The notes under the pieces: generated by a model
Seen by the model: the letters and a program-made list of their open reading frames with translations, nothing else
The model's database searches: none
What the model was told of the DNA's origin: nothing
From: an uncultured candidate division Zixibacteria bacterium
Lineage (GTDB): Bacteria > Zixibacteria > MSB-5A5 > UBA10806 > 4484-95
Length of the DNA stretch: 64,000 nucleotides
Direction of reading: 5' to 3'
Assembly (NCBI GenBank): GCA_963668625.2
Contig: CAXXKA010000008.1
Coordinates: 1,334,154 to 1,398,153 of the forward strand
Part shown: piece after piece, positions 59,922-64,000 of the stretch
Layout of the letters: every line of letters begins with the position of its first letter
Numbering within the stretch: the first letter of the stretch is position 1
Translations under genes and position numbers: made by a program

Positions 59922-60539
59922 ATGCATTATCTCTTGATCGGTGCAGTGCTTGGCTTGACCTCCGGGTTCTCACCCGGGCCACTCCAGGCGCTGGTGATCG
60001 CGGAAACTTTGCAGCATAATATGCGGGCCGGGCTGAAAGTGGCTCTCTCCCCGCTGTTGACCGATTTGCCGATCGTCGTTGCAGCGCTGCTGCTCATCCG
60101 GCGTATCAGCGATTCCGATCTGCTGCTTGGGCTGATTGCCCTGGGCGGCGGTTGTTTTCTGCTGTTACTTGGCGGACAGAATCTGCTCCTTGTCAAGCTG
60201 CCGCAGCAATCGGTCGCAGGAGTTCCCAAGTCGCTGCTGAAGGGGGTGCTGACCAATTTCCTGAGCCCGCATCCCTATCTGTTCTGGATCGGGGTCGGGG
60301 CTCCGACCATGACTGCAGCCCTGGCGGAAAGCCGGTTGGCCGGGGTTCTGTTCATCGTCGGTTTCTACTGCTGTCTGGTCGGCGCTAAAATGCTTCTGGT
60401 GCTGCTGACCGGACAGAGTAAGGCCTTTATCTCTGGATCTTTTTATCTTTTTCTGCTGCGGTTCCTTGGTCTGTTGATCCTGGGACTGGCCGCGGGCCTG
60501 TTTGTCGAGGCCTTTCAATTATTGGGACTAACCAGCTGA
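59922..60539 (+). CDS. LysE family translocator
   Basis: SPGP motif, GVLTNFLSPHPYLFW and about six TM segments. Confidence 0.85.
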   Translation: MHYLLIGAVLGLTSGFSPGPLQALVIAETLQHNMRAGLKVALSPLLTDLPIVVAALLLIRRISDSDLLLGLIALGGGCFLLLLGGQNLLLVKLPQQSVAGVPKSLLKGVLTNFLSPHPYLFWIGVGAPTMTAALAESRLAGVLFIVGFYCCLVGAKMLLVLLTGQSKAFISGSFYLFLLRFLGLLILGLAAGLFVEAFQLLGLTS

Positions 60540-60569
60540 TTAGCCACTACCATCTTTAAGGGGGAAACA

Positions 60570-61073
60570 ATGACCCATACCATCGTCAGAGGTCAGCATA
60601 TATCAAGATATTGCCTGGTTTGTGGGATCGAAAACCGCTTCGGACTCAAAACAAAGTTTTTTGAAACCACCGAAAAGGAAGTGATCGCCGTCTTTTCCCC
60701 GCAGGAGGAACATCAAAGTTATCCTGGTATCGCCCATGGCGGAGTCTCTGCCGCCCTGCTCGACGAAGTCATCGGTCGGGCGATTATGGTGCATCATGAC
60801 CAGGATACCTTCGGGGTTACCGTCGATCTGCAGGTCAAATACCGCAAACCGGTCCCCCTTGGGGTCGAATTGAAAGCGGTGGCGCGGATTACCGAGGATC
60901 ACGGGCGCATGTTTTCCGGAACCGGCGAACTCTATCTGCCGGACGGGCAGGTGGCGGTCAGTGCGACGGGAAAATATCTGCGCCGCAACCTGAAGCAGAT
61001 CACCGACAGTGATTTCTATGCCAATGAATGGTTTGCGCCAGTCGGGGAGTTGCCGGAGACCATCGAAATCTGA
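60570..61073 (+). CDS. PaaI-family (hotdog) thioesterase
   Basis: CLVCGIENRFGL, HQSYPGIAHGG...LLDE and VKYRKPVP. Confidence 0.88.
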   Translation: MTHTIVRGQHISRYCLVCGIENRFGLKTKFFETTEKEVIAVFSPQEEHQSYPGIAHGGVSAALLDEVIGRAIMVHHDQDTFGVTVDLQVKYRKPVPLGVELKAVARITEDHGRMFSGTGELYLPDGQVAVSATGKYLRRNLKQITDSDFYANEWFAPVGELPETIEI

Positions 61074-61104
61074 GGCGGTTTTGCGCTGCAGAGGCCACTT
61101 GTGA

Positions 61105-62265
61105 TCAGGGTTCTGGCGGACTGTCGCTGCCGCTCTTATGTTCCATGAAATGATCGACCTGTTGACTGAAATCGCTGAACTGGGAAAGATCGGCCTGGTC
61201 TTTCATGAAGGTCGGCGCGGTCTGCAGGTAAAGGGCGGTCAGTTCGGCAATGGAGCGCAGTGCGTTAAGATGGGTGCGTTCATAACCATGGGACGCGTCG
61301 AGACCGAAACAGATCAACGCGGTGCGGGTGTCGTTGCCGGCCTCCACGGCCGAAGCGCTGTCGCAGCGATAATGCCTGAAGACATCGCGCTGATGTTGAA
61401 TTTCAAAGGTCTGACAAAGATCGATCAGTTTCCGGGTCAGGTGGAAGTCGAAAGGGCCGCTGGAGTCCATCATCGCCACGGTGACTCCTGATTCGCGGGA
61501 ATTCTGGCCGGGAGCCACCGTGCCGTTATCTATGGTGACCAGTTCGCTGGCACCGCGGTGCAGGATGGAGGATGCTCCGGAACCGGTTTCTTCGGAGATG
61601 GTAAAGAGTAGATGGGTGTTCACCGGCAGTTGCATGCCGGTTTCGCGGATCGCCTTGGCGGCGGTGAGCAAGGCGGCCACGCCGGCTTTGTTATCGAGGT
61701 GTCGCGAAACGACGAATCCGTTGTCGAGAAATTCCGGTTGCGGGTCGACGGCGACATAATCCCCGACATTGATCCCCAGGCGGGCCAGATCTCGCTCGCT
61801 ATGAAGGATCTCATCCACCCGCAGTTCCACCTGCTGCCAGTTGACCGGCTGTTCATCGACTTCTTCATTAAAGGTATGGCCTGAAGCTTTGAGGGGCAAA
61901 ATGGTGCCCCGATAACGATGCTGGTCAGTATACAGGGTGACTCGCGCGCCTTCGGCAAAGCGGCTGGACCAGTGGCCAATGGGCATTAATTCCAGTCGTC
62001 CGTTTGGTTTGAGCTGCTTGACCATGGCCCCAATGGTGTCCAGGTGGACAACCATCGCTCGGTCCGGATGATGCAGATGGCCGGGCAGGTGGGCGCGGAT
62101 GGCACCGCGCCTGGTGAGTTCGAAAGGGATATTGAGTTTTTCCAGCTCGTTACCGGTGACTTGGACTATTTCGTCGGTAAAACCGGTTGGACTCGGAATT
62201 GCCAGCATTTTTCCAAGGACTGCGGAAAGGTAATCAAGATCTATTTTCAAGCGTTGCATGGCCAT
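61105..62265 (-). CDS. NAGGN-system M42 family peptidase
   Basis: PSPTG, HLDTIGAMV, SRHLDNKAGVA, SEETG, YRCD and SHGYERTH. Directly downstream of ngg. Confidence 0.88.
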   Translation of the reverse strand: MAMQRLKIDLDYLSAVLGKMLAIPSPTGFTDEIVQVTGNELEKLNIPFELTRRGAIRAHLPGHLHHPDRAMVVHLDTIGAMVKQLKPNGRLELMPIGHWSSRFAEGARVTLYTDQHRYRGTILPLKASGHTFNEEVDEQPVNWQQVELRVDEILHSERDLARLGINVGDYVAVDPQPEFLDNGFVVSRHLDNKAGVAALLTAAKAIRETGMQLPVNTHLLFTISEETGSGASSILHRGASELVTIDNGTVAPGQNSRESGVTVAMMDSSGPFDFHLTRKLIDLCQTFEIQHQRDVFRHYRCDSASAVEAGNDTRTALICFGLDASHGYERTHLNALRSIAELTALYLQTAPTFMKDQADLSQFSDFSQQVDHFMEHKSGSDSPPEP

Positions 62266-62400
62266 GAAACTCCTTTGTGTTTTGCAGGTTGCCTCAAAAG
62301 GTCCGTTCCAGAACTTTTTTAGACCGGCTATCCAATGTTTCCCTCTGCCCTTGCATATCAAGCTGTGGACAGGCATGACAGGCCGTTTGGTAAAATTCTG

Positions 62401-64000
62401 TCAGGGATCTCCACTGCCGGGTCTAATACTGGTCTGAGGGAAAAGCAGATCGACGAACCGTTCGGCGGTCGGCTGCGGTTCATGATTGGCCAGGCCGGGC
62501 CGTTCATTGGCTTCAATGATGACATATTCAGGCCCGCTCACATCGGGCACGATAAAGTCGAGGCCGACGACCGGGATCTTCAGGGCAGCTGCCGCTGTTT
62601 CCGCGGCTTTTTCCAGTTCCGGGTGAAGTTCCGCGGTGACGTCATGAATGGTCCCGCCGGTGTGCAGATTGGCCGCACCGCGGACTCTTAGCCGGGTTTC
62701 CGCCGGGAGGATATCGTCAAGGTCGTAACCGGCATCGGCCAGGCAGCGTTCGGTTTCCTCGTCCAGGGGGATGCGGCTTTCCCCCATGGGTAGCGGCTTT
62801 GCGCCGGCGGCTTTGTTTTTCGATCAGGGTGCGGATACTGTGCTGGCCGGTCCCAATCACGAAACGGTGGTCGTCTGACTGCAGCTGCCACCACCTGCCC
62901 GTCAATGACGATCACCCGCAGGTCTTCGCCCTGATGAAATTCTTCCAGCAGAACTTTATCGCACAGTTCCCGGCTTACCGCCACGGCGGTTTCGACCGCT
63001 GCTGCTGGTGGTCCAGGTTGACGAACACTCCTTTTGCCCTGTTCACCACGCGCCGGTTTGACCACCAGGCGGCAGCATTGGTTCAGAAACGCGGCGTTTG
63101 CGGCAGGGCTGCCGGCGGTCTGCTGACGGGGCGTTGCAAGTCCTGCATTCCGCAACAGGCGGGTCGTGACCTGTTTGTCGTCGCAGCGACTCATGGCCAC
63201 CGCTGAGGTCAGGTCGCTCAGGGATTCCCGGCAGTGAATGATCCGTCCGCCGTGGGAGAGGGTGAAAAAACCGTTTTCGGCATCCTCAACCGTGGCGATG
63301 ATGCCGCGTCGGCGGGCTTCATTGATAATGATCCGGGCATAAGGATTGACCTGGGCGGCCGGATCCGGGGCCGGTAAAGAGGCGGTTCATTGATCTCGTT
63401 CTTGCGCTTCAGGCAGAAGGTAGGAATGCGCTGGAAGCCCATTTTTTTTGTACAGGGCGACCGCCTGTTCGTTTTCATTGAGGACCGATAGATCCATGAA
63501 ATTACGCCCCCCTGGCCTGGAAAAGGCCGGCCAGGTAATCGGTCAGAGCCAGGCCCACACCAGGATGAGGACACTGCGGAGCTACGGCCAGGCACCAGAG
63601 GCTGGACCCGTTTTCCGGATCGCTGAAGGCGTTGCTGTGGTCGATCCCGGTGGCGGTACCGATAATCTCACCGCTTTTGTTGTCTTCTGCAACCAGATAG
63701 CTGAGGATACGACTGCTGCGGTGTTCCCAGACAAATTGGTCCGGTATTGGCACCATCTGCCGGGAGGCGTAGATCTGGTTGATAGCCGCGGCATCCTCTT
63801 GCGTCCGCAGCCGGCGCACGCTGAAGCCTTTATCCTGCTTCTGTGCCGGGCGGTAATAACTCAGCCACAGGCGGTAGGTATCCGACGGATCAAGGAACAG
63901 TTCCTGTGGGGCCAGGGCCAGAATCACATGCGGGTTATGCACATAGAGGGCGATATCCCGGCGGCCGGACCGCTCCCGGCGTAAGGTCTCGGCCAGGGGC
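62401..64000 (-). pseudogene. ngg: N-acetylglutaminylglutamine synthetase (GNAT + ATP-grasp), frameshifted, 5' end outside window
   Basis: Fragments RDIALYV...LFLDPSDTYRLW, GSSLWCLAV, NPYARIIINEARRRG, CRESLSDLTSAVAMSRCDDK, KPARGEQG, ANLHTGGTIHDVT and IEANERPGLANHEPQPTAERF, spread over several frames. Confidence 0.8.

Overview
The window reads as two different pieces of DNA joined at about 53,350. The left part (1 to ~53,350) is moderate-GC and resembles an FCB-superphylum organism, probably candidate division Zixibacteria (inferred from dockerin-like and T9SS-like C-terminal tails). It carries sdhAB, an esterase/TetR pair, threonine dehydrogenase, MCP-cheW, a lone aceE and mutAB-meaB. It also has two large secreted enzymes sharing a ~100-aa dockerin-like tail (a C25 protease and an MBL-fold/OB-fold putative nuclease, the latter divergent from an alkaline phosphatase). 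A five-pilin chaperone-usher locus follows, with sigma28-like promoters, and then a Haliangium-type/SPU microcompartment locus led by an RpiB-DeoC fusion. Two AT-rich solitary conflict-type genes are present (a HEPN-motif gene bracketed by an inverted REP pair, and a P-loop NTPase-Zn-wHTH gene), along with several REP-like palindrome families. The right part (~53,350-64,000) is visibly more GC-rich and Desulfuromonadales-like, with rnfABCDGE, LysE, a PaaI thioesterase and NAGGN osmolyte genes; the last gene is broken by homopolymer indels. No rRNA, tRNA, CRISPR array or intact transposase was seen. All family calls come from motif recognition by eye; no database searches were run.
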